Assembly (NCBI GenBank): GCA_902477075.1
Contig: CABSFU010000001.1
Location: 94,555-158,554 of the forward strand
Source: an uncultured Bacillales bacterium
GTDB taxonomy: Bacteria; Bacillota_I; Bacilli_A; RF39; UBA660
Direction: 5' to 3'
Length of the DNA: 64,000 nucleotides
This document shows positions 19,695-29,519 of this stretch, one piece after another (the first letter of the stretch is position 1; the number at the start of each line of letters is the position of its first letter). The position numbers and the translations under genes were made by a program. The notes under the pieces are model-generated. The model saw nothing but the letters and a program-made list of their open reading frames with translations. It had not been told where the DNA came from and searched no databases.

Positions 19695-20771
19695 ATGGAA
19701 CTAAAATATCAAATTCAAAAAACAGAATATGACTATTTAATTTATTTGTTATTAATAAAAATTATTGGATTTCTTCAATTAAATGAAAATTATGTTGATA
19801 AACAAAAAATAGACGAAGTTATTGAACAATTAAATTTCATCTATTCTGGATTGTACATGTTTGATCAATCAAATATTATTAGTTTAGGGAAAAAAGTTAT
19901 TGAAGATAGCTTTCCCATTATTTTAGAACAAATGAAAAATTCTATTATAAGTCCAGAGATTATTTTATCAAAAGATAAATTCAATCAAATAGATGATAAT
20001 TTAAAAAATGATAAAAAAAATTTTCATTTTCAAAACCGTGGAGATTTGTTAAGTGACTATGCTAATGGTAGATACTATCGCTTTTTTCGAAATATTCAAG
20101 GAATTGTTGATCAATATAGTAGTAGTAGAACGGATATATGTGCTGGTGAAACAATATATCATTCTTTTGCAAGATTTTATACAGAAGGAGTAAATGAATA
20201 TTTTAAATATTTTGAAGAAATGAGTCGACATAATTTAATAAATTTTCAAAACCAAAGTCAAGAAAATGGTTTTTGTGATTGCAGACCATGTTATTATTGG
20301 TATTTAGATTCAAAACAAGATTTATATTACTTTAATAAATTAATAAAAACAAAAAATATAAAGTTAAATCATATTGAGGGAAATGAACATGGACCATCTG
20401 CATTAAGTTTAATTATTACAAAAATTGAAACTAATGTTAATTATGATAGAAGAAAACATAGAAATATTACATTAGATGATAATTTTAGAGAAATCTTATT
20501 CCAGACTTTATTCAATATAGTTAAATCTAACTATTCTATATCATTTGACGCTGAGGAATTAATGAAACTATTTAAAAAATATCAAGATGAGCATTATGTA
20601 AAACAGATAATGCAATATATTATTAGTGACGAGGGGATAAAAAAACAAAGAGAGAATAATAAATATCCAATTGTAAAGGGTGGATATCTTACTTCTACTA
20701 CTGAATTAGAATTAAATAATGAATTAGATTCCGTAATTACATTCACCAAAAAACTACTTATCAAGAGATAA
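19695..20771 (+). CDS. hypothetical protein (358 aa)
   Basis: RBS TATGGGGGTAATTATG; no recognisable motif. Confidence 0.4.
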   Translation: MELKYQIQKTEYDYLIYLLLIKIIGFLQLNENYVDKQKIDEVIEQLNFIYSGLYMFDQSNIISLGKKVIEDSFPIILEQMKNSIISPEIILSKDKFNQIDDNLKNDKKNFHFQNRGDLLSDYANGRYYRFFRNIQGIVDQYSSSRTDICAGETIYHSFARFYTEGVNEYFKYFEEMSRHNLINFQNQSQENGFCDCRPCYYWYLDSKQDLYYFNKLIKTKNIKLNHIEGNEHGPSALSLIITKIETNVNYDRRKHRNITLDDNFREILFQTLFNIVKSNYSISFDAEELMKLFKKYQDEHYVKQIMQYIISDEGIKKQRENNKYPIVKGGYLTSTTELELNNELDSVITFTKKLLIKR

Positions 20772-20878
20772 GTAGTTTTAAAAATGATTGGTTCAAGCAA
20801 ATGCACATTTCTGTTGTTACATAATCTATCATTTGCATTCTTTAAAAAATTAATATATACTAACACTAGGAGGGTTTT

Positions 20879-21388
20879 TATGAAAAATAACAAACAGGAA
20901 ATTATTTTATCACAGGAGGTAGCTTCTGTAGATAAGTTTTGGGATATGATCAAAAAAACATCTTTCCTCTATGCATTTATTTAGATGAAAAACAAAGACA
21001 AGAATACATTGAGAAAGGTAAAATAGGAAATGTTGATTTAGTAAATGAATTGTATTCTACCTTATGTTTAGAAAAATATTTGTTTTTATCTGGACATGAA
21101 TTAAGAGAAAAAATTGAATCAGGTGAAGTTTATGTAAATCGCTTCTTAGATGATTCAAAAAAGGTAAAAAATGTTAGATTTATTGCTCCAGCATTTGGGT
21201 ATGACCTTGACACTCCTAAAGTAGTTTTTAGAAAAACACCAAGGTTATTTTTTAGAAAGATGGATCACTTTTCCCTTGATTCTAAATATAATGGTGAGGA
21301 AATATTTAGTTTATGTATTCAAACTGCAGAAGCAGACGAAAAGCAAAAAAGTTTTGTTAAGATTAAACAACAATCAAAAATGTCATAA
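20879..21388 (+). pseudogene. hypothetical gene disrupted by a frameshift at an A7 run (~20948-20954)
   Basis: Good RBS (AGGAGGG) and an ATG at 20879 open a frame that stops at 20984; the +1 frame continues from 20939 to 21388. Confidence 0.35.
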
Positions 21389-21713
21389 TAATTCCATTAT
21401 ACAAGTAAGAGGTTGTTTGAAACTTCTTCTTTACGAAATCATATTAAGAATATGTTACCCTTATTTTTAATAGATAAAATTTACTTATCAATCAATCATA
21501 TTTTGAAAAATTGATTGGGAATCTGCGTATTAATAACTAATTTATTTGCTATATGATGATTGTATTTTAAAAATCTGTATTAGTTAGAGAATTTTGAAGA
21601 AACAAAATGTTACAGTTTTAATTAATCCTTTTTGCTGATGAATAGTTTTATAATTTTTAGAAATTTTTTCATAATTATAAAAATTATAATAATTTAAATG
21701 AAGGGGAAAGTAT

Positions 21714-22352
21714 ATGACATATGAGACAAAAGAATATACAATTTACTACAATGAATGTGATAGTGTATATATTAAAGGACTAGTTTTTTATTTTGAAAAA
21801 GAGAAGAAAAAAATATTTGATTTTTTTGAAATTAAATCATTGGATAAAAAGCTTGTGATAAAATTATATGATAATTTAGATAAATACATTGAATATAGGA
21901 ACGGTAATTTAGCAGAATCATCTGTTGGAAATATGGATGTAGATGACAATAATTATTATATTCATATACTTTCTTACAAAGAATTTGTTAAAAGAAAAGG
22001 ACATATGAATCAAACTTTAACAAATTTTTATAAGTTGTTGATGCATGAGTTTGTTCATGTTTGTCACGAACAAACGGGAAAATATCATGACTCATTGATA
22101 TGGGTAAAAGAAGGAATTGCAATTTTTCTTTCTAATCAATATGATGGCTATACAGAAAAGATGGATCATTGTAATTTACAAAATTTACTAAATGATAACA
22201 GGACTTGGTATATAAATTATTATACTTTAATAAAACATGCATATTGTATGAATGGAATTTCATATTTAAAAATGTTATCTTTAAATCCTTCTTTTGCCTT
22301 AGACCAAACTCCACTTATTTATAAAAATTGTATGAATAAGTTTCAAAAATAA
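21714..22352 (+). CDS. HExxH-motif protein (putative Zn-metallopeptidase-like)
   Basis: LLMHEFVHVCHE. Confidence 0.4.
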   Translation: MTYETKEYTIYYNECDSVYIKGLVFYFEKEKKKIFDFFEIKSLDKKLVIKLYDNLDKYIEYRNGNLAESSVGNMDVDDNNYYIHILSYKEFVKRKGHMNQTLTNFYKLLMHEFVHVCHEQTGKYHDSLIWVKEGIAIFLSNQYDGYTEKMDHCNLQNLLNDNRTWYINYYTLIKHAYCMNGISYLKMLSLNPSFALDQTPLIYKNCMNKFQK

Positions 22353-22613
22353 AACTATTGAGCTAATAAAATTATAGTTTTATGCTTAAATAATAAAAAA
22401 ATAAATTGTTAATTGCTATGAATTATAATAGGAGGATTTTTTATTGATATAACGCCAAATTTAATATAAAAGCACCACCTGAGCATTTAGGAAAAGTTAG
22501 AAGTGCATATTTGTCTATTCTTGATGAAAATAATCTTATTTATATTAATGGAATGTAACCGATTGAAAATATATTTGGTGAAGTTATTGAAAAAATAGAG
22601 GAGTTTAGAAAAA

Positions 22614-23201
22614 ATGCAAGAGGAATTTAACATCTTATTAGAAAAATTGAAAAAATGTGAAATTTGCAAAGAGAGATTTGGATTTCAACCACATCCTATA
22701 TTTTTAGGAAATGTCAATTCAAAAATAGTTCAAATTAGTCAAGCACCATCTGCAACTGTTCATGAAACATTAAAGCCTTTTACAGATCAAAGTGGGAAAA
22801 AATTAAAATATGAATGGTATCAAGTTGATGATGATACTTTTTATAATTCGGATAATTTTTATATTGCAGCGCTTGCACATTGCTATCCTGGAAAAGATAA
22901 AAATGGTAATGATAGAGTACCACCAAGAGTTTGTTTTGAAACATGAATAAAAAGAGAACTGGAATATATTAATAATAAGATTTATATAATAATTGGTGCG
23001 AAATCAGCAAATGTATTTTTCCCAAATGAAAAGTTTAATGAATTAATTTTCAAGAATAATTATATAAATAATAAATTAGCAATTGTGCTACCTCACCCCT
23101 CACCACTTAACATAAAATGGTTCAAAGATCATCCAGAATTTATGGAAAAAAGAATTTTTGAAATAAGAAAAATAATAAATGAAGTATTAAAAAAAGAATA
23201 A
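22614..23201 (+). pseudogene. uracil-DNA glycosylase superfamily (family 4/5-like) gene interrupted by an in-frame TGA at 22947-22949
   Basis: SQAPS (GEAPG-like) motif A and HPSPLN motif B lie on either side of the single TGA. The reading frame continues unbroken to TAA at 23199-23201. Confidence 0.5.
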
Positions 23202-23578
23202 ATTTAAATCAGTATGTTTTTATTATGTTCTGATAATAAAGCAATAAAAAATTTAAATTTTATGTCCATGAATTATGAAAGTATTTGAATAAGTAGAACG
23301 GAATTAAAAAAATGAATTTCAAAATTTATTTAATTTGAATCATTTCATAAACAAAATATATTATTTTGGTTTTCTGTTAAGTTCTCTTGAAACTGAGATT
23401 TTTATGGATTGAAAATGCGTAATAAGTGATGTATTATATATAATTTATTAGAACAAAGCAATTATGATTCAAATGAAAATAATATGTAATAATGTAAAAG
23501 AAAGTATTATTAAAGTAACTTTCTTGTTTTATCGTATATAAAATGATAAAATACAAATAATTAAAGGGATGATTTATT

Positions 23579-25540
23579 ATGTTTAAATTAGTGTCAAAAT
23601 ATACACCTAATGGTGATCAACCGGAAGCAATAGATAAGTTAGTTAAAGGAATAGAAAATGGTGACAAATACCAAGTTTTGCTAGGAGCAACGGGAACTGG
23701 AAAAACTTTTACAATCGCAAATGTTATTGCAAAAGTAAATAAACCAACGTTAGTTCTAGCTCATAACAAAACATTAGCTGGACAATTATACTCAGAATTA
23801 AAAGAGTTGTTTCCTGAAAACAAAGTGGAGTATTTTGTATCCTATTATGACTATTATCAACCAGAAGCATATGTTGCCTCTTCTGATACATACATAGAAA
23901 AAGATGCTTCTATCAATGAAGAAATAGATGAACTTAGACATGCAGCAACCAGTGCTTTATTAACTAGGGAAGATACAATAGTAGTTGCGAGTGTATCTTG
24001 TATTTATGGAATTGGAGAAGTAGATGATTACCGAAACATGATGTTAACATTAAATGTCGGAGATACCATTCCAAGAGAAGAAGTAATGTTAAAATTAATT
24101 AATATGTTTTATGAAAGAAATAATTTGGATTTAAAAAGAGGTACTTTTAGGGCTAGAGGTGATATTCTAGAAATTATGCCTGTAAATGAACACGGAAAAT
24201 GTATTCGAATTGATTATTTTGATGATGAAATTGAATCTATTTATGAGGTCGATACTGTTACTGGTAGTATTTTGAATAGTAAGAATTCTATTTCTTTATT
24301 TGCTGCTTCTCACTTTGTTGTAAATGAAGAAAAAATAAAAAAGGCGATATTTAATATTCGTGAAGAATTAAAAGAAAGATTAGAATATTTTAAAAAAGAA
24401 AACAAATTATTAGAGTATCAAAGATTAATGGAAAGAACCAATTATGATTTAGAAATGTTGAGTGAGACAGGTAGTTGTAGAGGCGTAGAAAATTATTCTA
24501 GACATTTAGCTTTAAAACCTGCTGGAGCAACACCAACTACTTTAATTGACTTTTTTCCAAAAGATTTTTTAATGGTAATTGATGAATCGCATGTGACAAT
24601 TCCACAAATTAGAGGAATGTATAATGGAGATCAAGCTCGAAAACAAGTATTAGTAGACTATGGATTTCGTTTGCCAAGCGCTAAAGATAATAGACCTTTA
24701 AAATTCAATGAGTTTGAAAATAAAATTAATCAGGTGGTTTGTGTATCCGCAACTCCAGGTGATTATGAATTAGGATTAGCTAGTCAAGTAGTAGAGCAAA
24801 TTATTCGTCCAACTGGATTATTGGATCCTGAAATAGAAGTTAAACCTACTAAAAATCAAATAGACGATTTGGTTAGTCAAATCAATAAAAGAATTGAAAA
24901 AGATGAAAGAGTACTAATCACCACTTTAACAATAAGGATGGCAGAAGAATTAACCGATTATCTAAAAAAATTAGATATCAAGGTTGCTTATCTACATAGT
25001 GAAATTAAAACATTAGAAAGAATGCAAATTATAAGAGATTTAAGATTAGGAAAATATAATGTAGTTGTTGGAATTAATTTACTTAGAGAAGGAATTGATA
25101 TCCCAGAAGTTAGTTTAATTGCAATTATGGATGCAGATAAACAAGGATTTTTAAGAAGTGATAGAAGTTTAATTCAAACAATTGGTAGAGCAGCAAGAAA
25201 TGCTAATGGTCATGTTATTATGTATGCCGATAAAATTAGTGAAGCAATGGATATTGCAATCAAAGAAACAGCAAGAAGAAGAAAAATTCAAGAAGAGTAC
25301 AATAGCGTTCATCATATTATACCAACTACAATTAAAAAAGAAATTAGAGATTTAATTAGCAATAATAAAGAATTAGAAAATAAAACAGATAAAAAATTAA
25401 CAAGGAGAGAAAAAGAAGAACTTGCTATTAAATTAGAAAAAGAAATGAAAGAAGCAGCTCGTAATTTAGATTTTGAAAGGGCAACAGAACTTAGAGATGC
25501 TTTATTTGAACTAAAAAGTGAGATTTCATCACATAAATAA
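23579..25540 (+). CDS. uvrB: excinuclease ABC subunit B
   Basis: GATGTGKTF Walker A, helicase motifs and C-terminal UVR domain (ERATELRD). Confidence 0.9.
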   Translation: MFKLVSKYTPNGDQPEAIDKLVKGIENGDKYQVLLGATGTGKTFTIANVIAKVNKPTLVLAHNKTLAGQLYSELKELFPENKVEYFVSYYDYYQPEAYVASSDTYIEKDASINEEIDELRHAATSALLTREDTIVVASVSCIYGIGEVDDYRNMMLTLNVGDTIPREEVMLKLINMFYERNNLDLKRGTFRARGDILEIMPVNEHGKCIRIDYFDDEIESIYEVDTVTGSILNSKNSISLFAASHFVVNEEKIKKAIFNIREELKERLEYFKKENKLLEYQRLMERTNYDLEMLSETGSCRGVENYSRHLALKPAGATPTTLIDFFPKDFLMVIDESHVTIPQIRGMYNGDQARKQVLVDYGFRLPSAKDNRPLKFNEFENKINQVVCVSATPGDYELGLASQVVEQIIRPTGLLDPEIEVKPTKNQIDDLVSQINKRIEKDERVLITTLTIRMAEELTDYLKKLDIKVAYLHSEIKTLERMQIIRDLRLGKYNVVVGINLLREGIDIPEVSLIAIMDADKQGFLRSDRSLIQTIGRAARNANGHVIMYADKISEAMDIAIKETARRRKIQEEYNSVHHIIPTTIKKEIRDLISNNKELENKTDKKLTRREKEELAIKLEKEMKEAARNLDFERATELRDALFELKSEISSHK

Positions 25541-25578
25541 CTGGCTTGTGATATAATGAAAATAGGGAGGAAAATAAA

Positions 25579-26394
25579 ATGAATGCAATACTATTTCAAT
25601 TAGGACCAATTACGATTTATTGGTATACAGTTATGATTTTAATTGCTTTTTTGTTAGGCGGTACTTTAGCTATTCACGAAGCAAAAAAATGGAAAATACC
25701 AGAAGATTTTATGATCAATTTATTTTTCTATTTAATACCAGTCTCTATTATTGGAGCAAGACTATACTATGTATTATTTAATTTAGATTATTATTCTGTA
25801 AATCCTATCTCTATTTTTAAAATATGGGAAGGTGGGCTTGCTATTCATGGAGGATTAATAACTGGGCTCTTATTTACTTTAATTTACTGTAAAAAATATA
25901 AAGTAAATTGGGTAAGATTATTAGATATTTTAGTAGTTAGTGTAGCACTTGGACAGGCAATTGGAAGATGGGGTAATTTCTTTAATGGCGAAGCTCATGG
26001 TGGAATTACCACTATAGAAGCTCTAAAAGCATGGCATTTACCTAATTTTATTATTGAAGGAATGCATATTGGTGGAAATTACTATGTTCCAACATTTTTA
26101 ATCGAATCTATTTTTTGTTTTATTCTATTTATTGTTTTATTCATCATTAGAAGCAATAAATATACTAAATTAGGCCAAACAACATGTTTATATCTTATGT
26201 TATATGCTGTTGAAAGATTTATTGTAGAAGGTTTTAGAACAGACAGTTTAATGCTTGGAAACATTAGAATTGCGCAATTAATATCGGTCTTAATGTTTAT
26301 TTTAGGTTTGATTTTCTTTTTAAAACTACGTAAAGGCTCTATTTTTTCTAACAAATATAATGACATCAATAATACAAATGAATCCCATTTTTGA
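25579..26394 (+). CDS. lgt: prolipoprotein diacylglyceryl transferase
   Basis: GRWGNFFNGEAHG and EGFRTD signatures. Confidence 0.85.
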   Translation: MNAILFQLGPITIYWYTVMILIAFLLGGTLAIHEAKKWKIPEDFMINLFFYLIPVSIIGARLYYVLFNLDYYSVNPISIFKIWEGGLAIHGGLITGLLFTLIYCKKYKVNWVRLLDILVVSVALGQAIGRWGNFFNGEAHGGITTIEALKAWHLPNFIIEGMHIGGNYYVPTFLIESIFCFILFIVLFIIRSNKYTKLGQTTCLYLMLYAVERFIVEGFRTDSLMLGNIRIAQLISVLMFILGLIFFLKLRKGSIFSNKYNDINNTNESHF

Positions 26395-27259
26395 TTGTAT
26401 TGTAATAGGAGGAGGTATTGCTGGTACTACTGCTTCTATTTATTTAAAAAGAGCTGGACTTAAGATATTATTGTTAGAAAAAAAAGCAATTGGTGGTCAA
26501 ATTATAAATACTTCTGAAATAGAAAATTATCCAACGATTTTATCTACAGATGGTTTTACTTTTTCCAATCATTTAAAAAAGCAATTGGAAAATTTAAATA
26601 TACAAATTCAATATGAAGAAGTAATCGATATAAAAAATAACGAAATAAAAGAAGTTATAACTAATAAAAACACTTATTTTACTAAAAATATTATTATTGC
26701 AACAGGAAGAATACCAAGAAAATTACAAATAGAACATGCTGATCAATTACTAGGAAAAGGAATTAGTTATTGCGCTACTTGTGATGGCTTTTTCTACAAA
26801 AATAAAGATGTAGCAGTTTTAGGTGGAGGAAATAGTTCTTTAGAAGCGGCTATCTATTTATCTAGATTATGTCATCAAGTGACTATTATTAATCGTAGTG
26901 ATAAATTAAGAGCAGATCAAGAACTAATTCAAGAAGTAAATCAGTTAGAAAATGTTAAAATCATATATAATGAAAATATTCAATCTTTAGAAAGTCGAGA
27001 AGGATATTTATCTAAAATAATTCTAAATAATGAAGAATTAAAGGTAGAAGGTTTATTTGTTTATATTGGACTAGTTCCAACATTACCTTTTATAAGTCAT
27101 TTGAATTTAAATTTAGAAGATGGGTATATAAAGGTAGACTCTAAGATGAAAACAAATTTAGTTGGAATTTATGCATGTGGAGATATTATAAAAAAAGATT
27201 TATACCAAATTATAACAGCTTCCAGTGAAGGCGCTATTGCAGCTAGTAATATTAAATAG
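26360..27259 (+). CDS. trxB: thioredoxin-disulfide reductase-like flavoprotein
   Basis: GGGIAG FAD motif, CATCDGFF redox CxxC and GGGNSSLEAA NAD(P) motif. Confidence 0.7.
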   Translation: MTSIIQMNPIFDCIVIGGGIAGTTASIYLKRAGLKILLLEKKAIGGQIINTSEIENYPTILSTDGFTFSNHLKKQLENLNIQIQYEEVIDIKNNEIKEVITNKNTYFTKNIIIATGRIPRKLQIEHADQLLGKGISYCATCDGFFYKNKDVAVLGGGNSSLEAAIYLSRLCHQVTIINRSDKLRADQELIQEVNQLENVKIIYNENIQSLESREGYLSKIILNNEELKVEGLFVYIGLVPTLPFISHLNLNLEDGYIKVDSKMKTNLVGIYACGDIIKKDLYQIITASSEGAIAASNIK

Positions 27260-27361
27260 CCAGTGAAAAACACTAGTTTTGTTTGACTTTGCACATGTTG
27301 TATGTTAACATAATGCGTAGGAAGTGGCAAAATCGCCATTATATCAGATATATAAATGCTT

Positions 27362-27396
27362 AAGAGGCGATTAATTATTTTAATTGCCTCTTTTTG
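27362..27396 (+). terminator. rho-independent terminator downstream of trxB
   Basis: AGAGGCGATTAATTATTTTAATTGCCTCT followed by TTTTT. Confidence 0.6.
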
Positions 27397-27497
27397 TTAA
27401 AAAATAAAAATTTTTAGTAAGATAAATTCAAATATTAACAAAAAAATCATTAAATGAAAGGAATAACTGATAGTTAATTTAGAAAGGGTAGAATAAT

Positions 27498-27833
27498 ATG
27501 AAGAAAAAAGATATCAATTATTATAGAATATGTGATTTATTTAGAAAAGTTATTACTTCGTTAGTTTGTATTGAATATAAAATATCTAATGAATCAATAA
27601 AGGAAGAAATTAAACCAATTTTGGAGGATTTTGTTAATCAATATGAATTATATTCTGTAAAATCAAATTCTAATTTAATAGGATTTAAATACAGTGAAAA
27701 ACAAATAACTGAATTTGCTAATAATTTATATGATAATATTGATGTATTTAATTTTGCAGAAGATTTGGAATTTGGATTTTCTGAACTGGTTAAATATATT
27801 ATGCTAGAAAGGGAGAAAAAAAATGAGTGCTAG
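27498..27833 (+). CDS. hypothetical protein; first gene of a 4-gene operon
   Basis: RBS AGAAAGGGTAGAATAATATG; tightly packed with the three genes that follow. Confidence 0.35.
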   Translation: MKKKDINYYRICDLFRKVITSLVCIEYKISNESIKEEIKPILEDFVNQYELYSVKSNSNLIGFKYSEKQITEFANNLYDNIDVFNFAEDLEFGFSELVKYIMLEREKKNEC

Positions 27834-28386
27834 AGAAACTGAGGGTGGAACATGGATTAATGTAAATAGTAAAGATGAAAAAGCACATGTTAATATTTAC
27901 GATAAAGATCCAAGAGATGAACATAATACTTCAATACATGTGAATATAAATTATGAAGAAGAAACTTTTAATATTACTGAAAAAGATGATGGCAAAAAAA
28001 CAACCACTGACTGCAGTTGTTTCTTAACAACTGCTTGTATGAAACACTTTCATAAACAATTTGATGATAATTGTTATGAACTTAAAGTCCTTAGATGGTT
28101 TAGAGATAAATTTGTGTCTAAAGAAGACATAGAACATTATTATGAAATAGCTCCAATAATAGTAGAAAATATAAATAGATTTGATAATTGTAATGAATTA
28201 TATAATGGAATTTATGAAAATGTAATTTTATTATGTGTAAAAGCAATAGAAAATAATGAATATGATTTAGCGTACAATATTTATAAAAATAGTATTTTAA
28301 ATTTGGAAGAAGAATATGCAAGACCAGCATTAGAACAAAAACTAGTTAAAGTTTTAAGAAATAGAATAAAGAATATTAATAATTAA
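27823..28386 (+). CDS. hypothetical Cys/His-rich protein (CSCFLTTAC...LRWFRD)
   Basis: Overlaps the previous gene by 11 nt. Confidence 0.35.
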   Translation: MSARETEGGTWINVNSKDEKAHVNIYDKDPRDEHNTSIHVNINYEEETFNITEKDDGKKTTTDCSCFLTTACMKHFHKQFDDNCYELKVLRWFRDKFVSKEDIEHYYEIAPIIVENINRFDNCNELYNGIYENVILLCVKAIENNEYDLAYNIYKNSILNLEEEYARPALEQKLVKVLRNRIKNINN

Positions 28387-28453
28387 AATCTTTATGTTGT
28401 TTAAAGATTTTAATTATTATATAATAAGTGTGGATTTTAGTTATGGAGGATAT

Positions 28454-29515
28454 ATGAAAAAAGATATTGATCAAATTTTTGAAGAATATAAAAAAAGAAA
28501 AAAAGAAATTATTGAACAAAATTTACCTATAACAGGTATAGAAGATGCAAAGAAAGTTTATCCTAAAACTAAAAAATTATTAAAAATAATTACATTTTTA
28601 TCAGGTGAAAATATAGAATGGTTAAAAGGCAAGGATGTTAGTGTTCCATCTGATAGAACAGTCATTTTTGCTAATACACATAGATTTAAACCTGACTTTG
28701 AAAAAATAACTATTGTGACTGATAGACCATCTTTTGTTATTGCAAGTGATTTTAGAAATTCATATGGAACTATTAGTGGATGGTATTTTAATACAAGACC
28801 AACAATTTTTGTTGACCCATATTCAAAAGAGGATAAACATTATTCATATGAATTAATGAAAAGATATCTAAATTTGGGATTAGATTGTACAATATTTCCT
28901 GAAGCTGTTTGGAATTTATCCGAAAACGAAATTATTTTAGATACATTTTTTGGTAGTGTAAATGCAGCTTTAGAAACTAATTCTCTTATAATTTGTACTG
29001 CAATTGAAAGATATGGTAAAAAATATATAATTAACAGAAGTGAACCAATTGATTTAAGTTTAATTGTGAAAAAAAATACAGATATTTCATTTGGAAAACT
29101 TGATAAAAATGATGAAAAGCAGAAAAAAATTATTAATAAAATATTAAATGATTGCAACATTGCTATGAGAGATTGTATGGCAACATTACTTTTTGAAATT
29201 TGGGAAGATATAGCAAAAAAAGATGGTGTCACTAAAAGACAATTAATTCCTAATAATTATTGGGACAGCTTTGTAAACAATTTAACGGAAGAATGGCCTG
29301 GATACAAAATGAGTGATAATGATGAGCAGAAATTTCAAAATAAATTTCGTATTGAGCAACAACAAGTAGAAAGAGATATGGAAAAATTAAAACACAACAT
29401 TAATGATAAAAATATGTTTATGATTGCTTCTAATGACAGATTTTTGAATTATATGAGATTGAAAGACGAAATTTCTGAAATAGAAGAAATAGTATCAAAA
29501 AGAAAGAGAAAGTGA
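28454..29515 (+). CDS. PlsC/LPLAT-family acyltransferase-like protein with a C-terminal extension
   Basis: HX4D motif (NTHRFKPD) and FPEAVWN (FPEGTR-like motif III); RBS GGAGGATATATG at 28454. Confidence 0.45.
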   Translation: MKKDIDQIFEEYKKRKKEIIEQNLPITGIEDAKKVYPKTKKLLKIITFLSGENIEWLKGKDVSVPSDRTVIFANTHRFKPDFEKITIVTDRPSFVIASDFRNSYGTISGWYFNTRPTIFVDPYSKEDKHYSYELMKRYLNLGLDCTIFPEAVWNLSENEIILDTFFGSVNAALETNSLIICTAIERYGKKYIINRSEPIDLSLIVKKNTDISFGKLDKNDEKQKKIINKILNDCNIAMRDCMATLLFEIWEDIAKKDGVTKRQLIPNNYWDSFVNNLTEEWPGYKMSDNDEQKFQNKFRIEQQQVERDMEKLKHNINDKNMFMIASNDRFLNYMRLKDEISEIEEIVSKRKRK

Positions 29516-29519
29516 TTAT

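Noticed and set aside
22947-22949. Possibility that TGA encodes Trp (Mollicutes-type code)
   Set aside because: Conserved genes (lgt, mscS, many others) terminate with TGA at expected lengths, and cell-wall and sporulation genes are present. This is a single exceptional codon, not a code change.
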